NCBI GenBank assembly: GCA_964035545.1
Contig: OZ037767.1
Span: 26,490,628 to 26,554,627, forward strand
Direction: 5' to 3'
DNA from: Bugula neritina
Lineage: Eukaryota > Animalia > Bryozoa
DNA: 64,000 nt
Numbering within the stretch: position 1 is the first letter of the stretch; each line of letters opens with the position of its first letter. Both the position numbers and the translations under genes were made by a program. A model generated the notes under the pieces. That model was not told the DNA's origin. It searched no databases and saw only the letters and a program-made list of their open reading frames with translations. Below are positions 11,821-25,800 of this stretch, piece after piece.

Positions 11821-14800
11821 ATGTTTTTAGGGAGAATGATGGAGTTGGACTTCTCTTCAGTTACAAGCCTCTCATTGGCTGGAACTGTCACAGCACTATT
11901 ATTCATTTATATGATGAGAAAAACCAGTGACAAATATCCTCCTGGACCTTTTGCTTTTCCTATTATCGGAAATTCTCCTCAGATATTGCTGTCCGGATCA
12001 TTGGCTAAATTTATAGAGTCAAACCGTCAAAAGTTTGGAAATGTATGTTATTTAACTTATTTTCAATAGTTTATATTTTCTAAATGTAGTTTTAGAAACG
12101 TATTTGATTAAATCTGCAATCTATAGCCAATAAGCATCATATGTGTTCAACATTGATTTTGGCAACCTTCAAGCTGCATGTATAGCAAACATTTATTTTA
12201 TTTCTATTTCATTATCAAGAAACCAGTGTACAGAACTTACAAAACCCTCTTTTTTGCGATTCTACAAACTGATTAAATCAATGTACAAAATAACAAAAGA
12301 ATGGCCGATATTCCATTCTTATTCAATAAAGTGGTGTTGCTGTACACAATAGTTTCGCTGCTGAGTTTTTTTTAGTAATAAACAACAAAATAGTTTTTAG
12401 TTTTATATAATTTCAGGTGTTCACTTTTGTATCAGGAGGTAGTAAGCGAGTAGTAGTATCAGGATATGATGCAATCTACAGACTGTTGATCAAGAATGCA
12501 GATCACACTAGTACAAGATCAACTGCTTCAATGACGCAGACTATAAAAATGGCAGCACAAAAAACTCCTGGTAATACTTTATACAATTACATGTGTATGA
12601 CTTTTAGTATCACAATTTTACATCATCCAAACAAGAGCAATTCTGAGAGCTTTAAACTAAGTGGAACTTCAATAAAAGGTTAAGTAAATACATACCTATG
12701 TTACTCTCAGCTTATAACGTTTATTTGAGTAAAATTAAATTCCTAGGTTATAAAGTTATTTAACATGCATCAGTTTCGTGATCAAATCATAAGTCCTAAA
12801 CAGTGTTAGAAGCAACTAGAGAATTGTAGGCTTTTAATGTAGGCTGTAGCCAATATGGAAACCCTCAGTCATAACAGCATGGCAACAATAATATGTTATT
12901 TTTCAATCATTTAAAGTAATAGATCATTGTTTATAAGTTGTAAAGGTGTTTGGTTTGTAATTTAATTAAACCATTTTTATGTCTGGCAAAGGAATTTGTT
13001 TGATCAAATATCATGAGAAAGCTATATGTATGTAAAAAGAGTGACCGTACTCCAAACTTTTTACCAAAACAAAGACTTTGTACAAACTTGCATCTCATAA
13101 ACCAGAGAGACCAATATGTGTCATAGTTTAGCAGCTCCTAGCTTTATACTGATTGAAACATAAAATAACTAAATTCTGTTTCCATCCCATGACTACAATG
13201 TTATTAACTGCTTTAATTTTAGGTGTTTTTTGGGCTCCATATCCACTTTGGAAGGACTTGAGATCATTTTCCATCAGTTCAATGAGAGACGAGGGTATGG
13301 GGAAATCTACTTTAGAGCCACAGCTTATAGAAGAACTTGAACTATTCATTGCACATTTTATTGAACCAAACTTAAATAAACCAATAGACATGACACTTGG
13401 ACTGAGTCAGGCTACTAATAACATGATCTCGCAAATGATGTTTCGTCGGCGATTTGATTATGAGGATGAGGCTTTCAAAACAAGAATCGAATCTATCAAT
13501 GAATCAATTTCAATTGGTCTTAAAATCGCAATGATAGGAAATTTGCCATTTGGAAAATATTTTATAAAATCAGCTATTGAGAGAGATGATTACATATCTT
13601 ATACTATCCTGTTGCCTGCATTACAACATCTCATTGATGAGCACAAAGATGACCTGGACGAGTACAACCCGAGAGACATTATGGATAAATACCTTCTTCA
13701 GTCACAGAAAGAGCGGAATGAAGGAAAAGACAATCATAGCTTTTCAGGTAAACATATAAATATTAAAAATTTTGAAGCTTTTTAATCATTTAGATTGAGT
13801 TTCAATGTAATCTCTTTGCCACCTTTGTATTAAATTATATATCATAATATAATATAACATAGCATAACATAATAACATATAACATATTACAATAAAATGA
13901 AATATAATATAATTACATGTATAATCAAGTTTTAATTGTTGGATGTTACAGAAGAGAATGCTAGAATTCTTTCTTTGCAAATGTATATTGCTGGAACTGA
14001 AACCACTGCTACAGCTTTAAGATGGGCTCTCCTGTTCATGTGTCTACATCCAGATGTTAAGGTCAAAGTCCAGAAGGAGATATCTGAACACTTGGGTATT
14101 AAACATAGACATGACACTAGCACTCTATATTATTCAGTACATATATAATTGTTCAATACCTTGTGTGCATGTGATATTGTATATTAGCTATTTGACTCAT
14201 AATCCTTTAACTATCCTGTATTTTATGAAAGACATTATACTGAATGTGCTTTGTCGAAATTTCTGCTGACAATTTTGTCAGCTGCCAGTATCAAAGTAAT
14301 TACAGAGATTCCCGATTTATTATCTGCCAACTAAAAACTTATATAATATATTGAAAGAATTTGTACAACTTCTGAAAACTCATAGTACGTTCCCTTGTTT
14401 CTAGGAAGCCGCACTGTATCTTGCAAGGACCGTGTCAGTATGCCATATACTGATGCTGTGCTCCTTGAGACGTTGAGGAAGGCTTCTGTTGCTGGTGTTG
14501 GGTTGCCACATACTCTTGAGAAGGAAATGGTTATAGATGGTGTGGTGAGTATGTTTACACAGCAAACTAATGTTATGCTAAGATAAGAAAACTTAGAATA
14601 GAAACACATCTGCTATATAATATATGAGATCATTTTTTCTGGTGATTTTCGAAACTTCTGTTTTTTGTTTTAGACAATCCCAGCAGGCGCAGATCTAATG
14701 ATCAATTTAGACTCAGTACTTTTTGATGAAGACGTATTTGAAGATCCACGGTCTTTCAAACCTGAGAGATTTTTGACAGGGGATATCACATTGAAAAAGC

Positions 14801-15585
14801 AGAGAACTATTCCATTTGGTATTGGTGAGTATTTACTGTTGAATAATAATTGTCCTAAAATTTGTACAATTACAAAAATCGTTTTATTTTCTATATGGGT
14901 AGCTTGCTTTTGCCAAATTTTATCTTTTAACTAGTTTCTTAGAAAAAATAGGCTTATAATTTTAAAAAAATAAAAAAATTTCCTGTCAATTGCAAATTGG
15001 TAGCATGTAAAAATGTAGTTTATAAAATAATCACATATATTTTAATATGTAACGACATTGTGGTGAATGACAGTGGCTTTAAATTAGGTTTATGCTACAG
15101 TCTTTATAAAAATATATGTACATGATGGTAGTGCTTTAAAACATGGTAATAAGAAAGACTTTGAATTTGTATGAAAAAAACCGAAAGCCAATAGTAAAAT
15201 TTAAACTTCATATATATAGCAAAAATTTAATTAAAAGTGTAAACTCCACACTGTAAAGCAAGTTCTAGTATGGTATGGTGTAGTTTCAGTACACCATTAG
15301 TTCAACCAGGAACTGTATTTGCTTCATCATAATTATAACTTTTAGCTAAAACAACATAATTGTTGTTAATTTTTAGAATAATAGCATTATACTTGAATTG
15401 TAGGTCGAAGGGCTTGTCTGGGAGAAGGCTTGGCTAAAATGGAATTCTTTTTGTTCTTTGTTACTTTTCTACAAAGATATGATATTAAAATTCCTGAAGG
15501 ACTTATTGTTACAGATGAACCTAAGAAATATTCATTTATAGTAAATACTCCCAATCCATATGAAATTATCTTCTCACGCAGATGA
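11821..15585 (+). CDS. Cytochrome P450, clan 2, copy 3; exons 11821-12042, 12417-12570, 13223-13747, 13952-14095, 14405-14544, 14674-14824, 15404-15585
   Basis: Same exon lengths, phases and motifs as the other copies. Intron 6 is longer (579 nt versus 314 and 330). Confidence 0.95.
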
Positions 15586-17297
15586 AATGATTAAATAGAA
15601 GGCCTATAATGATTAACATTTTAGAATAGTTTTGTCTTGTTTTCTAAATTATTTCATTATAACAATAACACAATGACTAAAACAATTTGGAAGCATAAAA
15701 ATCAATTTCACAATTATTAGTTTTTAGCAATTGTTCATACTGGTACAATAAAACTATATGCTTTCATATAATCAATTGTTGTGAAACTTTTAGTACATTA
15801 TGATGTTCTTATAAAATATACCTTCATATTCAATCAATCAATTGTGATTTGTAAGAAATTGAATAATTTCTTTATTATCTGTAGACATTTACAAGTTTTT
15901 ATGAGGTAATGCAAGCCAGTGTATTGTAAACCTGCATTTATACATTTACTAGTATAGGCCTACATTCGATTGTAGAACAAGTTTGTTAACAAGTTGATAT
16001 TTGTTTTATAGTGTCTGAGCCAACTTTGTATAAACACATTTGATTACAGATGATGAACTATATTTTTTGGGAAAGTTGCTTTTTAGAGTAGTTGAGCAGG
16101 TTTTTTGTAAAATGCTATGAAAGCTCCCATAAAGTCCAGTTCTGTGAATTTATTTAAAAACTTTCTTATTTTAACAAAGGCTAAATACATTTTATTAACT
16201 CTATTACTGTCACTCACTTTGGACCATCGATGAATAGGTGGGGATGATTAAGGTATAGAAATCATAGAAATCTATAGAAATACTTGAATGTTTCCTACTA
16301 ATTTACGATGCATAATAAGTTTAATTGGGAAGATTGGTGCTCTAAAGTCTAAACAATTGACAAAGTAATATTTTCTAAAGTGAAGCACATCAACAACACA
16401 TAAAGCTAAATCCTTCATTACTAATGTACGCTGATCTTTTTCTTTTGGTGTATGCTGCTTATTTGACCAATCACTTGACCGTTTGTAGAGAGCTGTTGGC
16501 TGGTTTGGCAAGAATGCGTGGTATATTTTTACATTTGTAATGAAGTTAGTCATAGAGGAGGTTGATGAGTAATATTGAGATTGGGAAAAGCCTATATGTT
16601 ACAGGAGAGAAGCATAGCAAAAATTCGTGTTCTTACAAAATTACCAATCGACACCTCAAACTAAAATTCATAAAAGCTATTAAAGAATTTAGGCTGTATG
16701 TGCTCACGTACCTAAAATGCTATTTCTGAAGGTGTCCAATACCAAACATTAGTTGGTGTTGCTACTGGTTCAAAATAGGCATGATCAACTCTTCATGATT
16801 TTCAAACCAAAAGATATTATAAATATTTTATAAGAAATAAAGCTACGTCTACAATATTTAATGTTACAATTAATATACGTTTAAAATAATTTACCCAGTT
16901 ACCAGAGCAAACTTAAATCAACACAACAAAAGACTAACAACCTTTACTATACACTATACACAGCTTGCAGTAAAGGTCTACAACGTTAACTTTTCATCCT
17001 AGATATGTATGAAAATAGTTTAAAAAGTATAATTATTAGGATTGTCTTTATTAAACAATAATATAAACAACAGGAGCTAATTATTGTACTATAAAAAAAT
17101 TGAATGTAATCCAGGAACTATATAGTTATACAGATGTAGATAAGCTTGCCTATCAAAGCAGAAAATTTTTATTATTCACAACTTATAAATTTTATCAAAT
17201 CAAAGAACAAAGTATACATAGCAAGGAAACTAGCTGGCTTATAGTTACTACAAATGAAATTAAAGCAAAGCAATGACTAGTACTATAACATAAACAA

Positions 17298-20200
17298 TCA
17301 TTGGTATTGCTCTAAAGATTTTAGTAACCTGGCTTTTGATTTCTTAAGTTCTTCCACTCGACTGAAAACTTCTGCCTCATCTGTCGACTTTGGAATCAGA
17401 TCCTGTGAGACACAACAAACTAAACAGTGTGTTTATATATTACAGCAGTGTTTGAGAGAACTTAGTAGAGTGATAAAAATAAGATGAAACTACATGACAC
17501 CACTTCACTTAAAATATATTATCTCAGATAAAATAAACAACTTAACAGATAGGAAAGGCCAGGTTGATAAAATTTTAACCACCCACACTCTATCAAAGAA
17601 CGGAACACAACTTCCAATTTATAGATATAATTTACCCTTTTGTTTGTGAGAGAAGACCTTTGATTGGTGAGATTGTCAATTTGGGATTTCAAAAACTTGA
17701 TTTCCTTGTCTTGTTGCAGTTTCAGTTTAAAAGATGCCAAAAGTTCCTCTATAAATAGTGATGCACATTTTTACGGATAGCCAACATTTGATATATTATA
17801 TTAAAACTAGGCGCTGCTCACCTTGTTGCTACCATCAAACATTTATTTAAATGTATTATATAACTGCAAGCTGTAACTCAAATTAGCTAAAAACACCTTT
17901 AAATTTAAAAATTAATACACATATTTTAAATCAACAAAGGTTTCAACTATTTATAATTAATTTTTTATACAGTTTGCTTCGATATACTTTGAATTTCTGA
18001 AGTGTAAGTTTCGCCTTCAACAGTGGCAACTAGATGAGAATAATTTTGATCAGAGCTATTCTTTTTTTCAAGTTTATCTTTCACCATAGCTTCAGCCTTC
18101 TTCAGCTTTGATAGCTGACATTTAACCATGTTGGTTTTTATTCCCAAAATATCATTCAACCTTTGAATACTCTCTATATCTACAACATTAGTGAGTGCAA
18201 AATATGTGATCATCAAACTGGTAAAATGACTGTAAACATATTTAATGTTGGTAGCCAGAGGAAAATATTTTTTCCATTTCCACTTGCCTTTGTAAATGCT
18301 ATGAGTTTTCTTCTGTATTTGCTGTATTTCATCTTTTGATATTGTTTGCTTAGCCAGCCTCACAGCCTTAACTCTGTTCTCTTCTGCCACTCGGAGTCTT
18401 TCTATAAATCAGAGCTACTTGTAGATGTTTTGGTGATTCAGCATGCTGGCAAATACCTTCTTACAAAATATTAGACCAATCACCTTTCTTAAATATGTCA
18501 AAAAAGTCTGTACAAATCTGTAGCCAAGCCATACTATTACAAAAGTTTATTAAAAGCTATACACCAGGGAAGGGGATATTTTATACAAACCATAAAAACT
18601 AACCTTTCTCAATCTCAAACTGCTTTACTTTGGCTTTAAGCTTGGCAATCCTATTTTGTTCCTCAGCAATCTGCCTTCGCTCTTCTTTTTCTATTACAGA
18701 TAATTTTAGCATTGACATTGACTATAAATTTCACCTTAACTTTTGTTTATTAAAATGGCAATTGATTTTTCATATTGATCACAAGAGGCAAGATTGAGTG
18801 GCTTTAATATTTTAAATCTATATTGGGTAAAACCTAATAAGACAAAATACCCAATCAAGAGTTTATAAAACAACTGATTTAAGATGGTTGTCATATAAAT
18901 TGGGCTGAATATGTTCAGCAATTTCCTTAATTTTCTTTTGTTTCATATGGCTGCTAGAGAAAGAGATGCAAAACTCTATTCAATTAGGCCAAGGTTCAAA
19001 GATGTCATTAAATGTAATCTACAACACTTCAAGAATGGATTAATCTGTCTAAAGATTGGCATGTTAGACATTAAAACTACACATATTCTGACTGATGCCA
19101 TAACACTATATACTTTCAACAACTAAAAAAGCTATGAGAAAGATCTCAAAGGAGGTAAAGATCAAAAAATACATGCATTGTCATCTTCGACAGGTGAATA
19201 GTAACCGTATTTGACACATAACTGTGTACTATGTTAAAGCACATAAGATGAATAAACTATAGTTCAAAGATACCTACAAAATTTCTCACAGCACCCAATA
19301 TGCACGAAGGCTTGTGTGTACAATTAAAGTTTATTTCAATCAAGAGTTTTAACATAGCAAAGAAAATAAACTTTGGAACATAACTTTTCGTTTATGGACA
19401 GAATCATAAACTATACCTTGTTTGATTTGATGTATTTCCTTCATTAATTGGGGGAAGTATGAGAGATTTTCAAGTGCTCCTTCGAGTAGCCGATCTTCCA
19501 GTTCTCCACAGCAGCTAGCATCTGCTTGTTCAGGTACAGGATAGGGGATATCCTCTGGAGATTTAACTGCACCACATGGTATAGATAGCTGATTGATGGC
19601 ACTGGGCAAATAGTTTGCTAAAAATATCAGCTATTACTGTATTATTCATTACAGTTTTGCATATAATCAGAGTTTGCAGAAAAAAAGTTTGATCACTCTT
19701 TTTCAGTATGGCAGACTTAAGCGTTATAGATTTCCTATCAATGTCAATTGTTATTCTGTGCTTTGTAAACAACACAACATATGCTTACTAGACTGATTCT
19801 CAACAAGTTCAGAGCCAAGGTTGGACAGTGCAAGGGACTCTACACTTGTAAGTCTATTTGACGAGATGTCTGTAGAGGTAGGATCACAGGCATCGGCAGC
19901 ATGGTCCTGCTCATGGCAGCGATACAGCTGGAGAAAGGATTGGAGAGAAGTCTATAACAGATAAATATGCTTATACAATAAACTGCAAATATTATGTTAC
20001 AGCAAATAATATATATCATGTTATATATATTATATTCAGGACAGTAAAAACTCAGTATTTCTACTTTGGTAAGCTAACCATGATTTAGCCCTGGTTACTA
20101 TATAATGTTTATAATATTACAATGAACTTTGTTTAATAAATTAAATATTTTATAAATTCAAAATCCTTTGGCTTTAATGTACAGCATTTCAGAATGTGAT

Positions 20201-21187
20201 GTTGATGTAACATATTTGAGTCCTAACTGCCAAAATCTGGCTTTGGAACAGACTTAAATTGTAGAAAGAAATATAAGAGCAAAAAACTAAATGACTGCTG
20301 AGAAACACATAATCAGCAGCAACACTTCTTAGGCAGATTGAGCGTTTTTAAAATTTTGACTTCTTATAGAGTCAATAAATGAAGCTAATTAAATTTATTT
20401 ATACATCTAGTATTTATAGGAAGATCAGATATGACATACCTTTTATAAACTATTCTATAAAGAAGATAACATAAAGTCTCACCATGACAACACCAGGAGA
20501 TACTTTACAATTTTTTCGTCTTTATCATACTCTTGTAGTGAAAAGAATGGTAAGTTATTGATACAAAGCTTAAAAGCTAGATCAAACCTGTCCCAATCAA
20601 TCTCACCTATAAAGAAATACTCTTCTTACACATATACATAATATTATTGAAAACAAAGTTCAGTTTCATGATCACACACACTATGCAGAACATCTGTCAG
20701 AATTTTTAATAACATTTTTAGTTTTCAAGTTAGTTGTTAAAAAGTGTTTTATTTATTTTTTTATAGGCAATTGCATTGCAAACCAGCATGCATAAATACA
20801 ATACAAACATTTTTCAATATACTATTAAACCAACAGCTGGGCAGCGTTGCAGCATAGCAAAAGTTCTCACACCAAGTGAATTATTATTACTTTATTAGTG
20901 AAGCAAGCCAAATTCAGTCAAGTCAAGGGCTCAAGGCTCAAGTCAGCAAGTTAGCTTGACTTGAATTCCTGCTCTGGATAGTACAACTACATCTTGTACT
21001 TGCTATCATTGCATTAATAGTTTTTACTAGTTTTGGGGTAGTAATCAGTAATGAGAAATCAGTAATGAAGAAGTTGAATAGCCAATATTTTTCACAAATT
21101 ATAATGAAGTTTTAAAAGTTTTTGATTTGAGATACCAGTGAAGATGGCAGGAGAATCAGAACATAACTTCTTTTGCAATATTTTTCT
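17298..21187 (-). CDS. Spliced gene for an uncharacterised protein with a C-terminal coiled coil; exons (21187-21136), 20606-20509, 19951-19789, 19617-19417, 18690-18604, 18401-18288, 18179-17988, 17748-17636, 17402-17298; start codon unresolved
   Basis: Phase-compatible exons read GEIDWDRFDLAF...EKEERRQIAEEQNRIAKLKAKVKQFEIEKERLRVAEENRVK...VEELKKSKARLLKSLEQYQ*. The E/K/Q/R heptad-like composition suggests a coiled coil. One candidate GC donor at 18287. Confidence 0.7.
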
Positions 21188-22896
21188 CTGCAAAGCAGAT
21201 TAAGATTTGCCTATTCTCACCGTTACTGCACTTACCTTCTATATAATGTATCGTTGCTCAGTTTGTTATATGCTATTGACTGTAAAGCATAGAACTCTAA
21301 CTGCTACCAATCTGCTCCTAAACCCGAGTTATTAAAAAACTCTGGCCGAATGTGCTCCAAACTCTCGTCACTGGACTTGGCAACCGCAATGATTATTCAT
21401 GCATAATGTGTCGTCTGCACTTTGCAGTGTTATCTGGGATTCCTTTGCGCGACTCAAGTTATATCAGCAAGCTTCAGTTTCCGATTGAAAAAATTTTCTA
21501 TAGTCCATGGTGATAGCTTATGAGAAATTGGTTTAAAGCATTTTATTCCAGTTATTGGTTTTAAGTATAATGAATTAAGACATTTTCTCAATTGCTGCAT
21601 CTCTGTGATTACTATGCCTAAGATGGTTTGCCTTCGTTGCTTTGGTCATATGCATACTCATACTGATAGCAAAACTGTCCGATTATGCTAGGACTTCTAG
21701 ATCTACTTTCTAGAGTTCTAGTTCTATTTCTACTTCTAGTTCTAGCAGATAAGAACTAGAAGTTACCAAGTGTGAGTATCAACTTGAACTTCAGTATTCA
21801 ATTATATTTCTAATTTAGTAACGTTACTTTTATATATTTGAATAATACTATGAAACCCCTGACTTCATAGTAATTTGAATTAATTTTAAATTTAATCTAA
21901 TGGCTGAGGTTGAAAATAATCATAATCATAATCATAATGATAATACCTTGATAGAAGCAGAGCATTTACATTTATATTGTTATTAAAATACCTGTAGGCT
22001 ATGATGCTGTATTGACTATATCTATCTATAGTGTTGTCACTTGAATGTCATTGAATTGATAAGCAAAATCTGACACTACTGATTTCCTTGTATCAGCAGA
22101 CAATGAATGATGGACCTCAACTTTCCACATCTGTCTTTTATTAGATAGATAAGTATTTAGCTTAAACAGACACATATATCCGACCAGGAGAATGATGCTA
22201 AGCAGGTAAATCCCTGGGCTCATATCTAACTGCTCCTGAATCTAATGAGCTGCTGAACAGAAATGGCTGAGGCATTGATACCGCCAAATTCTTAATGAAT
22301 GTTTTTGAAACTGAGAAGTCACCAAGTTGCAGGACATAAGATGATATAATTATAGCAAGGTATTAAAATTTAGTTGTAAATTATCTAGACTGTTCTTTAT
22401 TAAAAACATACATAACATATGAGGGGGGGGCTACTAGCTTCAGTTATTACAGCAAAGCACTGGTAAATAACTAAAGCTATTTAGTTCGTGTAGCACTATA
22501 GACTTCAGTTGTTCTACTAATTCTAGGCTCTAGTCTTGTTGAAGCTTGGGAAAAACTTGCTTTTGACAAATTTTATGAATTCACAGTGCATACAGTTGAA
22601 CATAACATATGAAATGCCTCACAGAACTTTATTAATTTTACCTAACTCTTACAAATAATAAATTTGTGGTGATTGTAGTTATACTAGAGCTCTAGTAGAA
22701 TTATAGTATACCAAACCAAACACAGCATTTGCTATAGTAGAGATAATATAGTCACTATATTATCTTTACTATATTATAGTGTATATTTACAGTTAATCCA
22801 TTTTTTCGTGTTTTACAATTGTGCCAATCAGTAAATGAGAGACTTAACAGAAGCTTGATTAACTTTTGTAGTATGCAGTTGGTGTATATTTTCTGC

Positions 22897-25800
22897 TTAA
22901 GGTGTTGATGTGTCTGTGTAATCTGAAGCCACTTCCTTATACTTGTTCGGCGGCAGTTGTTGAGCTTCCTCTCTGAAATTAGAATCAGATTCTCTACTCT
23001 GGTTGTCATTAGTCCTAACAAACTCATAGTCATTTGCTTCATGGCAGTCCAACTCTGAGCCTTTTACTTGAGAACTGGAATCTTGTGCAGAAGTAGCTGA
23101 TGTTGTCATCTGCTCTGAATGCGTAGATATGGTTGGCTCTTCTATAGTGTAGTACACAGCATCTTCTGTATCACTGTTCTCAATCACTACGTTGTCGTAC
23201 CCATTACACACAGGATCATTGCCATTATACTCGAATCTAAAAAACAACCATCAGCAACAGTTTTTTTTTCAAATAATGTGTATAGGTGAAACTGAATTTT
23301 TTTATAAGAATCAATATAAATAGATGGAACTGTGACTTGAGACTTAAAATTTGGATTTAGTTTAAAATTAGATTTTATTTTTATAGCTTATTTAGAATTT
23401 TATATTTTTTCATATTAGGAAGGAGCCTATAATATATATCATAACTCATTATTTATGTATTCTGCTACCTAAACGTATCCTTTGCTTTTTCAAATTTTTG
23501 TGCTGAAGAACTTCGTTGTGATGAGTGAATGGTTGGTGTTGACTGTGTCATTTGACTGTTCAGCATAACATTGGCAGATCTTCTTCTCCGCTTTCTACTA
23601 CACAGTGTTTGTACAAACAAATCAACAAGATTTTAGTGTATAACCCAATAAAGACAATCATAAAGAACAAAAATTTAAACATTATTAGGAATCTTATCAT
23701 TATAGCTTGTCACATATAGTAAGTAATATGCAAATAACTTACATTGTAAAGTATGTGTTAAGTGTAACCGCAGCGATGATAATTGTGAAAAAGATGACTC
23801 CAATTACTATAAGCATTGTGCGAACATCTGTAAAGGCATAAAAAAATCAAGGGAATTTTTTCTGATGACAATTCTTTTTGTGTTCAATTATTCCCCAAAC
23901 ACTGAAACAAGGATTTTGAAACAGTTCATAATTTTTTAGATTTTATTTAATATATATGCAATCAGCATTAACTATGTTAGAAAAATTAGTTCCCAGTGAA
24001 AAGTTGCATTATATGTGATAAATGGAAAAGTGCTGCGTCTCTGTTATTAGACTTAAAGTTTAGTTACGAGTATTACCCTGGTCACAACCAATAAACACAG
24101 TAGCTAATAATAAGCTGTAAAGTACCTACTATATTTTATTTAAGTTCAAGTAATAATACTAATTTCTTGATCCAAGTATCGGTTACCAATATTTTTTACA
24201 TCTGCAAAACTTTTAGTGTGAAAAAGCATGCTTTTTGCATGTACACCATGCTCTTTGTTAATAAGGATTACTGTTATTTGCTTACTGAATTTATTTGTTG
24301 GTTCACTAACTGGACTCTGTGTTTGAACTGGTAGCTGACTCAACTGGCCCGTGCTAGTGCAATATATTGTCACTTCCTCTAAAATGAACAACGGTGACTG
24401 TGAACATGAAACTGGGAAGTGCAGGAATTTTTTGTTTTAGTGGTGACTTGGTAAACTAATTTACCAATCAAATAAACTATGAAATTTTAGCACATATCTG
24501 TTGAATAAAAACAAATATACATAACATACAAAGGCACTGTTACTGTATTGCTGAAGTCTTTAATTTGTTGATATATAAGTAGTTTAAGGTTAAGTTTGAT
24601 CAATACTGAAATAAATATTGTAAAGGCAAATGTTCTCAGTGAGTTTTGTTTGGTAATTGCTAAGCTTATTTTTTGTATAAGTTGTAAAAATAGCATGGGT
24701 ATCTTATGGCAATGGTGAAAATCTTTCGAGTAGTGAAAATATGAGGAAAAATTAAGAATTATTACAAGGCAAAAAAGACTTGCTACAGGCAACTAATAGC
24801 CCAAAGACCTACAACTAACTGGCTTAGATTATCTTGTTTTGTACTTGCCTTTGGAGTAACCTCCCATTTTTATGATAACTGTCGCGTCAGCTTTTAAATG
24901 ATATACATGCAAAGTCAAAGTAGAGCATTCCTCATCAGTAATCATCCATAAAGTAGAGAATGATGCCTCTGTTTCACCGTAATCCCAGCTGCCGGTTACA
25001 TATGTGCCAGCCATTGGATAAGAATACTGCAAAAAAACTACTTTGCTAATTTTTATTTTTCAAATCGAAATTTTTTGCCCTTAATTAAAGGAATTTTCAG
25101 ATTTCAACAAAGCTAGCTATCATGGTTAACTAAAGTTTCACTCACAGATATCATCTGATTCTGATCAGAGAATTCCAAGGTGGTGGCCGTAAATGTAATC
25201 ACCTCTTCATCCTTGTATGCTGAAGTATCACAAACTACACAGCTGCACGTGTTGTACCTGCAAAAAATTACATCAACCTAAACTGCTAACAATTGTGTTT
25301 CTAAAAATATTAAAGCACATTTAAAAAGCATGATATTACATTTTCTAAAAGCTTAACTGTTAACCTATTCTGCTACAGTTTTTAGAAGATGGGCGATATA
25401 ATACGCTGAGAGTGAGGCTTGAGCTTACGTTCACAGCAATCTCAGAGTTGGTGTAACAATTCAGTGGATAAGAACTCTTTCCACATCAGAAAGAGGCTCG
25501 CAGATTAAATGGCAATACATGTACATTATACTAAACACTAGGCATTCTAAGATTGGCTACCATGGCTACCAATTCTAGCCGTTTACATTACGCAAGGCTC
25601 TGTGGCACCTAGAATAGCCTGAAATCTTTGGTTTCAATCAGCACATTCTAAAATATACTATGGGAAAAAGTTAGTTCTCTTATTGCAAAGCACGAGTAAT
25701 CATTATAGTGATTGGTCTGTTCTGGTGAGAAGACAACTCCCAGCTAACAGTTATTGGGACACTGAGCAAGTATTTATTTAGTCTTAATTTCTCATTATTA

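Noticed and set aside
1527-14609. Repeated minus-strand ORFs over the CYP exons
   Set aside because: They are antisense shadows repeated because the CYP exons are repeated; they have no independent splice structure.
232-15585. Three CYP copies as a haplotig or assembly artefact
   Set aside because: The copies differ by many substitutions, indels and distinct intron segments, more than expected from an assembly duplication. Long reads would settle this.
21690-21765. (TTCTAN)n run with a small hairpin, resembling heat-shock elements
   Set aside because: It is a low-complexity repeat and the spacing does not give a clean alternating nGAAn array.
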